DNA of 64,000 bases from Candidatus Bathyarchaeota archaeon (GCA_963826715.1 CAWGYA010000008.1:1229930-1293929); one strand, 5' to 3'; shown: positions 51,459 to 62,277, numbered from the stretch's first letter. Made by a program: numbers and translations. Notes: generated by a model not told the origin, from the sequence alone.

Positions 51459-52002
51459 CTTTGATTAAATAGTGGTAAGGTCCAGATTCTCCAACATATC
51501 CTACCGTAAAGTCTGCAGCTTCTATCAGTTCGATGGCTTTTTTTTCGCTAAATCTTATAGATTCAGGTGGACCGAAGGAAAGGTCCTGTTTTTTCCAGTC
51601 TAAATCGATCAGTAATCCTGAAGGCTTAATCATTGTGCGGGCATTTGAAAGCACCTTTATAGGGTCGTTAAAGTCATGCAAGTCCATGCTGCAGAGAATA
51701 CTGTCTGCGCATCCTACGCAAAAAACCGTATCTTCGGCCTTGCCTACTTTGGTAATGATGTTGCTTAAGCCTTCGGATTTGGCTTTGTTCTGAAGTTTGT
51801 CTATACTAGAGGAATCAATATCAACAGCGTATATTTTGCCTTCTGCCCCCACTATTTTTGAGGCTAATACGCTAAAGAATCCGTCTCCGCAGCCTATGTC
51901 AACAAAAGTGTTGCCAGCCTTTAAGTCAGATAAGATTGAGTTCGGGCTGTACCAACTGCTTCGTTTAGCTTCGTCTAGACTGAAGCCCCCGTAGCAGCCC
52001 AT
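51442..52002 (-). CDS. class I SAM-dependent methyltransferase
   Basis: DIGCGDG, YAVDI, LHD, DWKK...GPP..R. Confidence 0.88.
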   Translation of the reverse strand: MGCYGGFSLDEAKRSSWYSPNSILSDLKAGNTFVDIGCGDGFFSVLASKIVGAEGKIYAVDIDSSSIDKLQNKAKSEGLSNIITKVGKAEDTVFCVGCADSILCSMDLHDFNDPIKVLSNARTMIKPSGLLIDLDWKKQDLSFGPPESIRFSEKKAIELIEAADFTVGYVGESGPYHYLIKAKPQH

Positions 52003-52003
52003 T

Positions 52004-52318
52004 TTAGAAGCCTTTGGGGAAGTTGGGTTTTAGGAGCTCACGGATTTGGTCTTTGTGGGTTTGACGTGTAGTTAACGGATAGATTTCGCGTTCGCATTCA
52101 AAAAACATTGGGTCCTGCCCTATAATTTGACTAAGTTTTGCATCAGATTCAGCATTAACTATAAGCATGCTTCCCTGTTTACCGATAAGGTGGTAGTCTG
52201 CTTCGAGAGTTTTTTCTTTTTCAAGTTTCTCAAAATATTTGAATTGCAGAGGAAGTAGTTTCGCCCACTGCTCTAACGGTACATCACGTTTTATTTTTTG
52301 CATTATTAAAAACTTCAT
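52004..52318 (-). CDS. muconolactone isomerase/YciI-like dimeric alpha-beta barrel protein
   Basis: YHLIGKQGSMLIVNAES..L...DP.F....IYPL pattern. Confidence 0.6.
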   Translation of the reverse strand: MKFLIMQKIKRDVPLEQWAKLLPLQFKYFEKLEKEKTLEADYHLIGKQGSMLIVNAESDAKLSQIIGQDPMFFECEREIYPLTTRQTHKDQIRELLKPNFPKGF

Positions 52319-52718
52319 GTTTATCCCATGGAAGAGGTTATTTCTCAGGTATAAAGGCTTTTTTCAAATTAATGGGAAAAGCTTATTTTTTCGAAAACCC
52401 CTCGGACTTTGGATATTTTTCTATATCTATACCTGTTTAAGGAAAAAAGTGGCAAATAACATGAAGACAAGTTAAATCCATTTTCGAGCAATTAATGTTA
52501 TCAGCCCCAAAAAACTGGAGTGGGTAGGATTACGTTGAATAATGATTTTTTCGCGAAAAAATGTAGTCTGTTCCCTAACGATGGGCAAACGCCTGAAGAC
52601 GCAAAAAATACGTTCAAGATATGATAAAAAGGTAGGGGGATAAAAAATAAAAGAAGCGGATTATGTGAAAAAAGACTTAAAAGCGAATTTTTCAACAAAC
52701 CTTGCTATTTTCAGACTT

Positions 52719-52862
52719 TTATTTATTTTCACCGCTTCTTCTCATCATATCTGAAATCCGAACCTTAGACATTGCGTCTTTAACGACGTCCATTAATTCC
52801 TCATTTACTTCAACTTCAACAGTTAACTTGAGGCGTCCCTTTTTCTCTGCCTTTTCACTCAT
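52719..52862 (-). CDS. 47-aa hypothetical protein
   Basis: MSEKAEKKGRLKLTVEVEVNEELMDVVKDAMSKVRISDMMRRSGENK*; GGAGGTG SD; overlaps the upstream stop. Confidence 0.6.
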   Translation of the reverse strand: MSEKAEKKGRLKLTVEVEVNEELMDVVKDAMSKVRISDMMRRSGENK

Positions 52863-53157
52863 GCAACCACCTCCTGTAACTGCTTAGTTGCTCTGAGAAA
52901 ATGCTAGTTAAAAGATGCTTGGATTGCGAGCATGTGAGCTTTAAGTCGATTTCGATACGATAGTGGTATTTGCCCAATCGTTTAGTATGAGTCCTATAGT
53001 CGCCGATTTTGCCATTTTCTTTGTAGCGGTTTAATTGTTGATTCATCAGAACCGTAATGGCGGCGGTTGCAAGTGGCTCAAAAGCGAAGGCTATCCTAGT
53101 TAAAACTTGAATTACGCCGCCGATGAGTGATCGTGAAACTGTTTTTCCCTGAGTCAT
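52855..53157 (-). CDS. hypothetical protein
   Basis: 100-aa ORF with GGTGA SD. Confidence 0.65.
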   Translation of the reverse strand: MTQGKTVSRSLIGGVIQVLTRIAFAFEPLATAAITVLMNQQLNRYKENGKIGDYRTHTKRLGKYHYRIEIDLKLTCSQSKHLLTSIFSEQLSSYRRWLHE

Positions 53158-53295
53158 TTACTTCACCGTTATTTAGAACCTATGTATCTGTTTCCGGTAT
53201 TATTTCAGCAAGAACTTGATTAATTAATTTAGGACGGGAGTTTTTTTAAATGTTACGTGACTATATCTATTACGTATAAGCTGATGGCTTTGATA

Positions 53296-53808
53296 ATGAA
53301 TGAACTATACTTACAAATAAATAGTTGCCAAAAATGCCGTCTCTATCAGGGAGCAAAACATGCCGTACCTGGGGAGGGTCCTTTGAACGCTATGGTTATG
53401 GTGATAGGGCAGAACCCTGGTGCAGAAGAAGATGAAGTTGGCAGACCGTTTGTGGGGCGAGCGGGTAAATACTTAACCAAAACCCTTACTGAATTCCGCA
53501 TCAAACGCGAGGACCTATACATATCCAACATTGTTAAGCACACATCGCCTAAAAACCGTAAACCATATCCTGACGAAGTGGCGTTCTGCCTGCCTTTTTT
53601 GGAAACTCAAATTGGCATAATTAAGCCCAAAATCATTGTGTTGCTAGGTGTATCCGCCAGGGAAGCGCCAAGGATGGATGGAATCGAATACGTCGAGATT
53701 GTTCATCCGTCAGCTGCTATGCGGTTTACGAAGATGCAAGAACGATTTAGACTACAAATTGATGACCTTTCAAAGAAAATAAAAAAACTTACAAATGAAA
53801 AATATTAG
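53296..53808 (+). CDS. uracil-DNA glycosylase, family 4
   Basis: CQKC.L, VPGEG, GQNPG.EED..GRPFVGRAG, SNIVKH, NR.P..DE...C, HPS. Confidence 0.88.
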   Translation: MNELYLQINSCQKCRLYQGAKHAVPGEGPLNAMVMVIGQNPGAEEDEVGRPFVGRAGKYLTKTLTEFRIKREDLYISNIVKHTSPKNRKPYPDEVAFCLPFLETQIGIIKPKIIVLLGVSAREAPRMDGIEYVEIVHPSAAMRFTKMQERFRLQIDDLSKKIKKLTNEKY

Positions 53809-53814
53809 AAAAAG

Positions 53815-54416
53815 TTATTTCATGGGTTGACGCAGAACCGTTTTGAGCTTTTCAGGTGTAGTCGTGGCAGGGTTATTGATTAAATTTTCGTTGTGTATGC
53901 CGATTATTCATTATCACTGGATTTAATGGATGCATGGATCTTCTGAATGTAACCTCCCTCGAATGAGAAGGGTTCGATGACAATGATTTGGGCGGCTTTT
54001 CCCTCACGGAAACATTCGTAGCGCATCTTGTCAAAGGCCGGAAGCTTCTTATTTTCTAAATGCTCCAATTCTACTTTGAAGTCTGCTTCTATAATGTATT
54101 TAGGTTGCATAATCATAGCTTTCCACTGCCATTGATCCTTTTGCTCCATGCTGAACTTTGTCATGTCATCTACCCAATAGAGTCCTTCCAATGGGAGCAC
54201 ATCGTATTCAACTGCTTTGTCTTTTTGAACTAAGAATTTGATTGCGTAGGCGACTGGGAATCGAGTTTGAATTGCCGTCATGTAATCTGGAGCGTTAGGG
54301 CTGCCAGCTCCATCTATCCTGAGGAAATTTCTGTCTGGAACATCAACAAAAGCTACGTCCTTTGGTGACGGATTATACAAAATTTTTAACTATTTATTAA
54401 AACCAATTTTATCCAT
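53815..54416 (-). pseudogene. GyrI-like small-molecule-binding protein, disrupted
   Basis: MDKIGFNK*LKILYNPS has an in-frame TAG at codon 9; PLEGLYW core; a 1-bp frameshift near 53905 separates the tail GIHNE...PEKLKTVLRQPMK*. Confidence 0.8.
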
Positions 54417-54572
54417 AGACCATCATTCCTATTTGACAGGGTTGAATTATAATAAATAAAAACTGATATTATTGATTTACTTCTTTTACTTATAGTCAAA
54501 AATTTTAATGCCAAGAGATATTATCAACAAAACTTTAAATGAAGGGCACAACACCTGTTTTTAGGTGAGCTT

Positions 54573-54884
54573 GTGGTTTTAGTCAGAATGCCTTTTTGGA
54601 ATTTTAAAAAAGGGAAAAGGGAAGAAGCCTTCATAGAACTTGATCGAATTTTAAATAGCCTGGTACAGACTGCGGAGGGTTTCCGGGGTTACATGTCTTT
54701 GCTTTCTTATAACGACCAAGATGCATTAACTGTCCTCACTACATGGCAAGACGAAGATGCCATGAATAAATCAGAAAAAGGTGTCTTTGCTCAAGCGATA
54801 CAAAAAGTTCAAGACTTACTTGAAAATCCTCCCTGCACAGAAAAATACAGGGTGTTTTCAACACAGCTTTTTCAGCGTTCATAA
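54573..54884 (+). CDS. antibiotic biosynthesis monooxygenase (ABM) family protein
   Basis: KKGKREE...EGFRGY...LTTWQDE pattern. Confidence 0.75.
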   Translation: MVLVRMPFWNFKKGKREEAFIELDRILNSLVQTAEGFRGYMSLLSYNDQDALTVLTTWQDEDAMNKSEKGVFAQAIQKVQDLLENPPCTEKYRVFSTQLFQRS

Positions 54885-55005
54885 CTCTTAGATCTAAAAA
54901 AAGAAACCTAATTTCCCTTTTCCAGGGATTGAAACAATCTTGAAAGCCACGCTTGCCCGTGATAAAGGCTTGATGATCGAGGTTATAGTTATTTCAGCCA
55001 TAGGC

Positions 55006-57063
55006 TTATGTTGCTTTTGAGTTTATAGCGCCTTTTGTGTATGGGATGAATTCTCGAATTTGTTCGATGCTGGTTTTACCTGCCTTCTCTCGTTGTTCTT
55101 TGGAGAGCTTTAGTACAAGAGAGCGCATAACCATCTTGAGTAATTCCTTCCCTTGATAATCACCTGGCTGGATAACAACATAGGTTTTGGTTTTTGTTTT
55201 TACCGTATTTACAGGTCCACCTATAAACTCGGTCTCTCCATTCATCGATATGCCTACAGCAACACGTAGAGGCGTATTGCGGTACCAGTTGCGTTTGCCC
55301 ACAACAAAAAATGCACCGTGAGGAATGGATTCACCGCTTGGTCCGCTTTTGCTGAGTTGGTCAACTTTGACCCAATAGACGTCCGCCGTGCCAGCGTTCT
55401 CTCGCCAGGCACGTGAAAAGGAAGCGGCGAACTCAGCAGCTTCTCCTAACACCTGCTCGCCGACGGGTTTGCCATCTGACTTAATCACCACAAAAGGTGA
55501 ACCCGTGATTTCAGCGTGAAACACCACATCCTCAGCAGCAGTGTACTTTTTAACTAGCACCTCGTTGCTTACCGTGTCTTTGCCAGCCACCACCAAAAAG
55601 CCATCCGATGAGGTGAAGTGGCGGAATTTCTCATACCACTGCTTATTCGCCATCTCCTCCTTGCGTTTAGCCAGCGCCTCCACGATTTGGGCTGGTTTGA
55701 GGCTCTTGAGCTCCTCCGCCTGCGCCAGTTCCTCTTCGATGTCGGCGAGTTTCCGCTTGGATTCGTTAAGCGCCACAGTTGCGCCTTGCGCTTTCTGCTT
55801 GGCATGTTTCCCCCGTTCATAGTATCTGTTAGCGTTATCAAACAGGGAATCTCGCAAGTTAAAGCTGAATTGGAAACCGTCCACAGCCAAATTTAACGCG
55901 AGGTTTTTGCCATCAAAGGACTCCACATACGCCGCAGGAACCTTCCCTGCCTTTTTTGCTGCCATAACCGTTGCGATAATGACGCTCCAGTCATGCCCAG
56001 CCAGGTTAGCTTTCATCAGTTGCTCTTGGAAGGTTTGAAGTTCATTGAAATGTGCGTAGATGGCGTCGCCGATTAGTTTGTCACGTTCTGTTCTTTGTTC
56101 GTCTTCACTTATGGATTTCTCCTGCTCTGCCACCATACGTTTTAGGCGTGCAGCTTCATGCTTTAACTTTTCAACCTCAACTGTTCCAGCTGCCTTCTCA
56201 AGGGCTGTTACATGCAGAAAAAACTCATCCAGCGCCGCATTAAAAGAGTCAAAAGCCTGAGTTCTGTAGCTCTCGTAACGTTTCAGTTTAAAGGGCACAA
56301 CATCAAGGTAACTTTCGTCTTCATCTTGAATTATCGCGGGTTCAAATTTGCCCTCCAAAACGGGTGTCAAAAGACTTTGCAGCGCCCCAAAAATCGCCCC
56401 AACCTCATTTTCTGCTAAGTCTTTGCAGGGCGTACTCTTCTTAACAACCGCTCGCAGCAGAGCTTCTTCCGCGTAAACGCCACCAATGCCCAGAAACCGC
56501 GCCAAAAACCTCACAACCTCCCCTTCACCCGTTCCTTTAAGGGCTTCTCCGAGTTCAGGTTGGGTGACTTTGAAGGGGTTTTTTCCGCTTTGAGGTGGAT
56601 ATTCCAAAATTATCCCACGCAGAATGTCACGATCTCGCATTTTTTTGAACTCTAATGCTTGTAAAATCATGTTTTGCTCGTTAGTTAATATTATGTTGCC
56701 CTCACCGAAAAGCTCAATCACCATTTTGAGTATGCCTGTTTTGGTTTGAAAGTACAACGTTACAATCCGCTCAAACTCATACTGTTCAATGCCTCTAAGC
56801 CACGAGTCTCTCAAGTATTTGCGCAGTAGCATGCAAAATGGGGGTGGCTCAGCAGGACTCTCTTCGGCGTAGGCGGTGGAGTGGATTCTACGACCGGCCT
56901 CAATAACTAGTCGGATGGGGGGTTTGTCTGTTTTGTGTAGTTTAAAAATGAATGTCTTTTCAGTGAATTGATAAATGTTGTTCACTCGGCTATTTGCAAT
57001 CATGGAAGCTATTTCTTTTATTGCCGCTGATATGTCAAAGCTCGAGAACTCTTTTTTCCGCAA
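55006..57063 (-). CDS. rqcH: ribosome rescue protein RqcH (archaeal Rqc2/NFACT)
   Basis: FCMLLRKYL, FERIV, ELFGEGN, NANRYYE..K, WYEKFRHF.SSDG, GKD...NE, HA...G. Confidence 0.93.
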   Translation of the reverse strand: MRKKEFSSFDISAAIKEIASMIANSRVNNIYQFTEKTFIFKLHKTDKPPIRLVIEAGRRIHSTAYAEESPAEPPPFCMLLRKYLRDSWLRGIEQYEFERIVTLYFQTKTGILKMVIELFGEGNIILTNEQNMILQALEFKKMRDRDILRGIILEYPPQSGKNPFKVTQPELGEALKGTGEGEVVRFLARFLGIGGVYAEEALLRAVVKKSTPCKDLAENEVGAIFGALQSLLTPVLEGKFEPAIIQDEDESYLDVVPFKLKRYESYRTQAFDSFNAALDEFFLHVTALEKAAGTVEVEKLKHEAARLKRMVAEQEKSISEDEQRTERDKLIGDAIYAHFNELQTFQEQLMKANLAGHDWSVIIATVMAAKKAGKVPAAYVESFDGKNLALNLAVDGFQFSFNLRDSLFDNANRYYERGKHAKQKAQGATVALNESKRKLADIEEELAQAEELKSLKPAQIVEALAKRKEEMANKQWYEKFRHFTSSDGFLVVAGKDTVSNEVLVKKYTAAEDVVFHAEITGSPFVVIKSDGKPVGEQVLGEAAEFAASFSRAWRENAGTADVYWVKVDQLSKSGPSGESIPHGAFFVVGKRNWYRNTPLRVAVGISMNGETEFIGGPVNTVKTKTKTYVVIQPGDYQGKELLKMVMRSLVLKLSKEQREKAGKTSIEQIREFIPYTKGAINSKAT

Positions 57064-57220
57064 TTTTCCACTGCTCTGCGGTTTATAGTGATATACCCTA
57101 AAATAACCGTTTGCACCAAAATTTGAAGAATTTGTGTAAAGGGGGTAGAAACTGTTAATACGAAGGCATCTTTTTTAAGGGAGAACAGAATATAAGTCTT
57201 TCACGGATTAGGTTTAGCAT

Positions 57221-57517
57221 ATGACTCCTCTGGTTCAATTATACTGGATACGCGTTGTTTTAGGTATCATAGCAGCTGCAATAACTGCTATTCTAGCAGG
57301 GCTCTTCGGAACAGTAGCGGACTCAACATGGTTAGTTAATGGTATAACTGGAGCACTAATAATATACTTCGTAACTTATTACATCCTAAAAGCCACATAC
57401 CAGAGCAAGATTGAAAAAACCTCCAAAATTCTAAGTACAGGCATCGGCATGTACTTCTTCACTTGGATTGCGTTTTTTGTACTCTTTTACACAATCATCC
57501 ACATTGCGATAGCCTAA
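57221..57517 (+). CDS. small 3-TM membrane protein, EMC6-like
   Basis: YWIRV.LG..A...; C-terminal TGIG.YFF.W....LFYT resembles EMC6. Confidence 0.55.
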   Translation: MTPLVQLYWIRVVLGIIAAAITAILAGLFGTVADSTWLVNGITGALIIYFVTYYILKATYQSKIEKTSKILSTGIGMYFFTWIAFFVLFYTIIHIAIA

Positions 57518-57530
57518 AATATTTTTTCAA

Positions 57531-57986
57531 TTAATTTTGGGTTTTGCCTTCCTTAAAAAAATTCGCAATAGTTGCTTGACTTTTGTCACTTCGTAAAGTC
57601 TCTATTTTTCCATCCGTAGCTTTTCCGCCATCTTTGGATACTGCAATCTCCATACGGGAAAGGATACGCATGCAATCCGCCCAAGCAGAAAAATATCCTC
57701 GGTCAAAATCAGCATGTAGACCATTCCCCATATGCATGAGAAATTCTTTTCGATAATTGTTTAAAGCAACTTTGTCTGATATATCCACCTTCGAGAAGAA
57801 AGCATAGTCATCCGCTGTATTTTTTCGGGATAAATACATACCATAGAGGGCTCGAAAATATCCACGGTTCCATTCTGTCTTCTGCATCTTCTGTTTTACA
57901 CGTTCAAGCTCACGTTCAGCTTCAGCGAATTGCCTGCCAACGATGAGTTGAAAGTACCTTGTTACTAGGGCTTGTGCAATTGGCAT
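57531..57986 (-). CDS. hypothetical protein downstream of radA
   Basis: 151-aa helical ORF with a repeated (N/D)RGYF.A motif; 2-bp gap from the radA stop. Confidence 0.75.
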   Translation of the reverse strand: MPIAQALVTRYFQLIVGRQFAEAERELERVKQKMQKTEWNRGYFRALYGMYLSRKNTADDYAFFSKVDISDKVALNNYRKEFLMHMGNGLHADFDRGYFSAWADCMRILSRMEIAVSKDGGKATDGKIETLRSDKSQATIANFFKEGKTQN

Positions 57987-57988
57987 AG

Positions 57989-59047
57989 TTAGCGTCCACG
58001 AGTTTTGGTTGCTTTCTCTTCTTCAGAGACATCTTCTATTCCGTTCTCGGTGACTTTAAGGATTTCCTCTCCCTCAGGCAAATACGGACTTGAAACTAGC
58101 CTTGCGATTCGGATGGGTCCATGGGATGCACGTCGGAGATATATGCGGGTGTGGCTTGTGTGGCCCACAATGTTACCCCCAATTGGGTGGATGGCGTCAC
58201 CGAAGAACTGGTCGGGTTTTGCCATGACCTGGTTGGTTACCACAGCAACGGCGTTGAAAGCTCGAGAAAGGGCGACGAGTTTGTGCATGTGCTTGTTTAG
58301 CCTCTGCTGCCTTGATGCAAGCATTTCCCGACCAATATATTCACTGCGAAAATGTGCAGTTAGTGAGTCGACGATAATTAGTTTGATGTTATTTGCCTTT
58401 ATGATTTCATCGGCATTTTCTAGGAGAAACATTTGGTGGTCGCTAGTATACGCTTCAGCGTAGATGATGTTCTTAACTGCTTCTTCGGGGTCCAAGCCAG
58501 CAAACCTTGACATCTGTACAATTCGTTCGAGCCTAAATGTATTTTCCGTGTCGATATATAGGGCAGCTCCGTTCAGCCCACCTCGTTCAGGGGGAAGTTG
58601 CACGTTAACACAGAGTTGATGGCAGATTTGGCTTTTCCCGCTTCCGTATTCCCCATAGAACTCAGAAATAGTTTGGGTTTCCAAGCCGCCATCGACAATT
58701 TTGTCAAGAGCTTTGCTGCCTGTAGTTAGGCGTAGGACACTTTTTCGCATCTTAAAGAGTTCATCTGCACGGATAAATGCGATGCCAATAGAAGAACGCG
58801 CAGCTTCGATTATTTGGAAGGCTTTTTTTTCACTTACACCGACAGGGTCAAGTTCGCGACTGGTAGCCATTGCCAGGGACTCGACAGTGTGGTAGCCGAG
58901 GTCGCGAAGTTTTTGAGCGGTTGCAGGTCCAACTCCTGGGAGGTCTTCGATGAACTCGTACTTTTTTTTGTTTTCTTCCATCTGTAGCATTTTTTCGCTT
59001 TTTTCAGTATTTTCTTCGGGTACAATAGAGTCGGTGTCTTCTGACAT
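57989..59047 (-). CDS. radA: DNA repair and recombination protein RadA
   Basis: N-terminal HhH LPGVG, GEYGSGKS, IDTENTFR, VDSLTAHFRSEY.GR, TNQV, IGGNIVGH, SPYLPEGE. Confidence 0.97.
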   Translation of the reverse strand: MSEDTDSIVPEENTEKSEKMLQMEENKKKYEFIEDLPGVGPATAQKLRDLGYHTVESLAMATSRELDPVGVSEKKAFQIIEAARSSIGIAFIRADELFKMRKSVLRLTTGSKALDKIVDGGLETQTISEFYGEYGSGKSQICHQLCVNVQLPPERGGLNGAALYIDTENTFRLERIVQMSRFAGLDPEEAVKNIIYAEAYTSDHQMFLLENADEIIKANNIKLIIVDSLTAHFRSEYIGREMLASRQQRLNKHMHKLVALSRAFNAVAVVTNQVMAKPDQFFGDAIHPIGGNIVGHTSHTRIYLRRASHGPIRIARLVSSPYLPEGEEILKVTENGIEDVSEEEKATKTRGR

Positions 59048-59531
59048 AGTTATCACAGCTTCACGTTGATGTATCGTTGGGGATATTTAAAATAATTGAA
59101 TATACTGATAATTTAAACAGTGGAGGGGTCAGTGAAAATGAAAAGGCAGCGATGCTATTGAAACTTTCAAGATCACATTATTATCCCAATGCCTTCCAGT
59201 GTAAATTTTTTTAAATAAGTTCGTTTCTGTTTTCCGATTTTTTGAATAGTGTAGACTTTAGGTTTTTTCGATCTGGACAAGAAGAACCTGCGGATATTCG
59301 CTTTGAATTTCCTCTCCTTCCTTGTTTGAACTAAAATGTTTTTCTTAATAATGTCGATAGTTGATGTTTTTTAAAGGTTTTTCTATAACAATAGTGACCG
59401 TTTAACTACATTAACGCCTAAATGCTGAAGGATTATTACGTCCTAAAGGTTTTGTGGGTATAGGCTTTGGGTAGATAGTTTATATAAAGAGTCTTACTTA
59501 ATAATGATTGGAACTTTTGAGGGAAACAGTC

Positions 59532-60197
59532 ATGACTTATTTTTCTACCCGAATCGATGCTGGCAAACGCTTAGCCGCAGCATTAGCCGATTTCAAGGGG
59601 AATAATGGTTTGGTTTTATCGATTCCTCGGGGCGGCGTGGTTGTCGGATACGAAATCGCAGAGACACTTGGGTTACCACTTGATGTGATTATTCCCCGCA
59701 AACTTGGCGCACCAAACAACCCTGAGTTGGCGATTGGGGCTATAGCTGAGGATGGCACCACATTCTTGGATGATGACTTGGTCAAATATTTCGGTGTTAG
59801 CCCCGATTATATTAAGGATGAAAGCGATCTTCAAAAAAAGGAAATCCAACGACGCCTCAAACTCTATCGTCAAGCCTACTCCGAACATCAAATAAAAGGG
59901 CGAGATGTGATCGTTGTGGATGACGGCATAGCAACTGGTTATACAATGAGAGCCGCTTTAGCTTCAATTAAAAATCGGGGCGCCACAAGTTTAACCGTTG
60001 CCGTCCCCGTAGGTCCATCTTCGACCATACTGGAACTTAAGCAGATAGCTGACCGCGTCGTTTGTCTCTATATACCAGAATACTTTCAAGCCATCGGTCA
60101 ATTCTTCCAGAATTTCAACCAAGTCAGTGACGAGGAAGTAATCCAACTTCTCAATAAGAACAGACAACACAGGGAGAAGGAAGTGACCGAGGTTTGA
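59532..60197 (+). CDS. phosphoribosyltransferase family protein
   Basis: R.DAG..LA, PRGGV, RKLGAP.NPELAIGA, VVDDGIATG, F.QVSD.EV. Confidence 0.9.
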   Translation: MTYFSTRIDAGKRLAAALADFKGNNGLVLSIPRGGVVVGYEIAETLGLPLDVIIPRKLGAPNNPELAIGAIAEDGTTFLDDDLVKYFGVSPDYIKDESDLQKKEIQRRLKLYRQAYSEHQIKGRDVIVVDDGIATGYTMRAALASIKNRGATSLTVAVPVGPSSTILELKQIADRVVCLYIPEYFQAIGQFFQNFNQVSDEEVIQLLNKNRQHREKEVTEV

Positions 60198-60844
60198 GTA
60201 ACTTTGAATCTACTTTAAAAATTTCCGTTGCAACTGTTGAAGTTGAGGGCAACTTGTTTTTGCCTTCGGGAGCACTTGGTCTTATAGTATTTGCGCATGG
60301 TAGTGGCAGTAGTCGATTCAGTAAACGTAATCAGTACGTCGCCAAAGAATTCAATAAAGCTCAAATGGGCACGTTACTCTTTGACTTGCTCACTGCTGAC
60401 GAGGAAGAAGAAGATATGTTAACAGCGGAGTTTCGTTTCAATATTCCTCTTTTAGCTAGTCGAATATTAGGAGTAACGGAATGGCTTAGAAATTACCCCA
60501 AAACCAAGAAATTATCAGTAGGATACTTCGGTGCTAGTACAGGTGCCGCTGCTGCGTTAATTGCAGCGGCTAAAATGCCCCATGATGTGGCGGCAGTAGT
60601 TTCAAGAGGAGGTAGACCTGATTTAGCCGGTGAATATCTCTCAGCAGTGAAAGCCCCAACAATGTTGTTAGTTGGTGGATTAGATGAAGAAGTTATTGAC
60701 CTTAATCGACGGGCTATGCGTCAAATGACAAACAAAAACCGTCTTGTCATTATTGAAGGTGCCACACACCTATTTGAGGAACCAGGTAAACTAGAAGAAG
60801 TTGCCAAGTTCTCTGTGAAATGGTTCAGCCGCTACTTACGATAA
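60194..60844 (+). CDS. dienelactone hydrolase family (alpha/beta) protein
   Basis: FAHGSGSSRFS.RN, GYFGASTG, VSRGGRPDLA, GATHLFEE. Confidence 0.9.
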   Translation: MSNFESTLKISVATVEVEGNLFLPSGALGLIVFAHGSGSSRFSKRNQYVAKEFNKAQMGTLLFDLLTADEEEEDMLTAEFRFNIPLLASRILGVTEWLRNYPKTKKLSVGYFGASTGAAAALIAAAKMPHDVAAVVSRGGRPDLAGEYLSAVKAPTMLLVGGLDEEVIDLNRRAMRQMTNKNRLVIIEGATHLFEEPGKLEEVAKFSVKWFSRYLR

Positions 60845-60847
60845 ATC

Positions 60848-61276
60848 TTACTCCGCGTTGGGCTGCCCCATCATTTTATGCAATTTATAGTTCTCTGCCA
60901 TATCCGCGGTGAAAAGAATACTGAACGCCAAAATAGCCTCTAAGGGTACATTCATATATACCTTCTCTCCTGAAACGTGCATTGCGTTCTTTTCTGAAGT
61001 TAAAACTACGTTCAAGATGTCACCCACCTCAAGCTCGTCACCGAGTGGATGTCCATCCTCTGATTTCTCATCGAGAGGTATGGCGGTCTTCCATGTGTCC
61101 GAACCGAAATCTACGATCACGTAGGAATGTCCGAACAGGAGAAGTGAGGAAATCGCGATCGAAGGCATACACTGTTGGCATTGTCCTTTAAGCTTGTTCA
61201 TTTCGATTTGACTTAGCGGAACTACAAGAACCTTATGCTTTGTATTATCTCGGTTTGTTACAGTAAAAAACTTCAT
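60848..61276 (-). CDS. hypothetical protein
   Basis: 142-aa ATG ORF; no family recognised. Confidence 0.6.
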   Translation of the reverse strand: MKFFTVTNRDNTKHKVLVVPLSQIEMNKLKGQCQQCMPSIAISSLLLFGHSYVIVDFGSDTWKTAIPLDEKSEDGHPLGDELEVGDILNVVLTSEKNAMHVSGEKVYMNVPLEAILAFSILFTADMAENYKLHKMMGQPNAE

Positions 61277-62277
61277 TAAATCACAAATTGCTAACTCACT
61301 TTGAAGCTTTAACTTTTTCTGTGATACACGATTTCTTACTTAGCGGCTTGTTGACAGCAGCTACGACTACTAAAGTAAGAAGAGAACGATTAAATTAGAA
61401 CGTAAGGTTTATCGATTTAGAATAATCTATATTTTCATATGAATCTGGCTCACAGTGGCACATTGTGAGAGCAAAATTGTACTTTAGTTTGCCTTAGTTG
61501 ATTCTTATCGGAACAGTAAAAAGTCGTAGGGGTCTCCGCCAAAATCATTTCAGGAATCATCGACAGTACTGGTCGGTTAACTCGAAGGTATTTTCTTCAG
61601 GTTTTCTGCGCACTTTCCACTAAACCTTTTTTTCTGCTTTGGTTCCGTCTCACGTTTGCGGGAGGTTGTAAATGCTATTATTTTGCTCGAGCTGTGGAAA
61701 AATTATTCATAGGTAAGTAACAATGCCTACATAGGTATCTTATCTTTAGGAATAGAATAGTGCTCACGGGTCTTCTCTGCTTGAGAGGGTTACGGTAGTG
61801 CAGATATTGGCTAAGGGCGGACCTGAGGGTGCAGGAGTCGCGGCACCGTTGTTGAAACAGGAATTAGGGAGGTAATGTTGAGTTAAACATAAGAACCGAC
61901 GCATTATAAGTTGGTGTGGGAGAATACACTTGAGCTAAACTGCACGCAGATTGGGTAACATTGTCTCAGCTGTCTTGGACCTGATTAATACGGTAGAGCG
62001 ACACACCGCCAAAGAATTTTGCTGGGGGATGTTACATGTTTTCCATAATAGGCACGTTCAATTCACCGATAATTGCTTTTTTTTGCGTCTTTACCTCTTT
62101 ATGTATTTCATCACCAAACCCAATGGCTGCGAAAACACAAGCAAGCTGTTTTCTGTTACCTACCAATTGAAAGTCATACCCTGAGAAAGCATCCTTTAAG
62201 AATCATAAAATAAAAATAGCTGAAAAGTCCAAACCCGCAAAAAGGCAAAGCTTAGATCTTTTCCCACAAATTACCTA

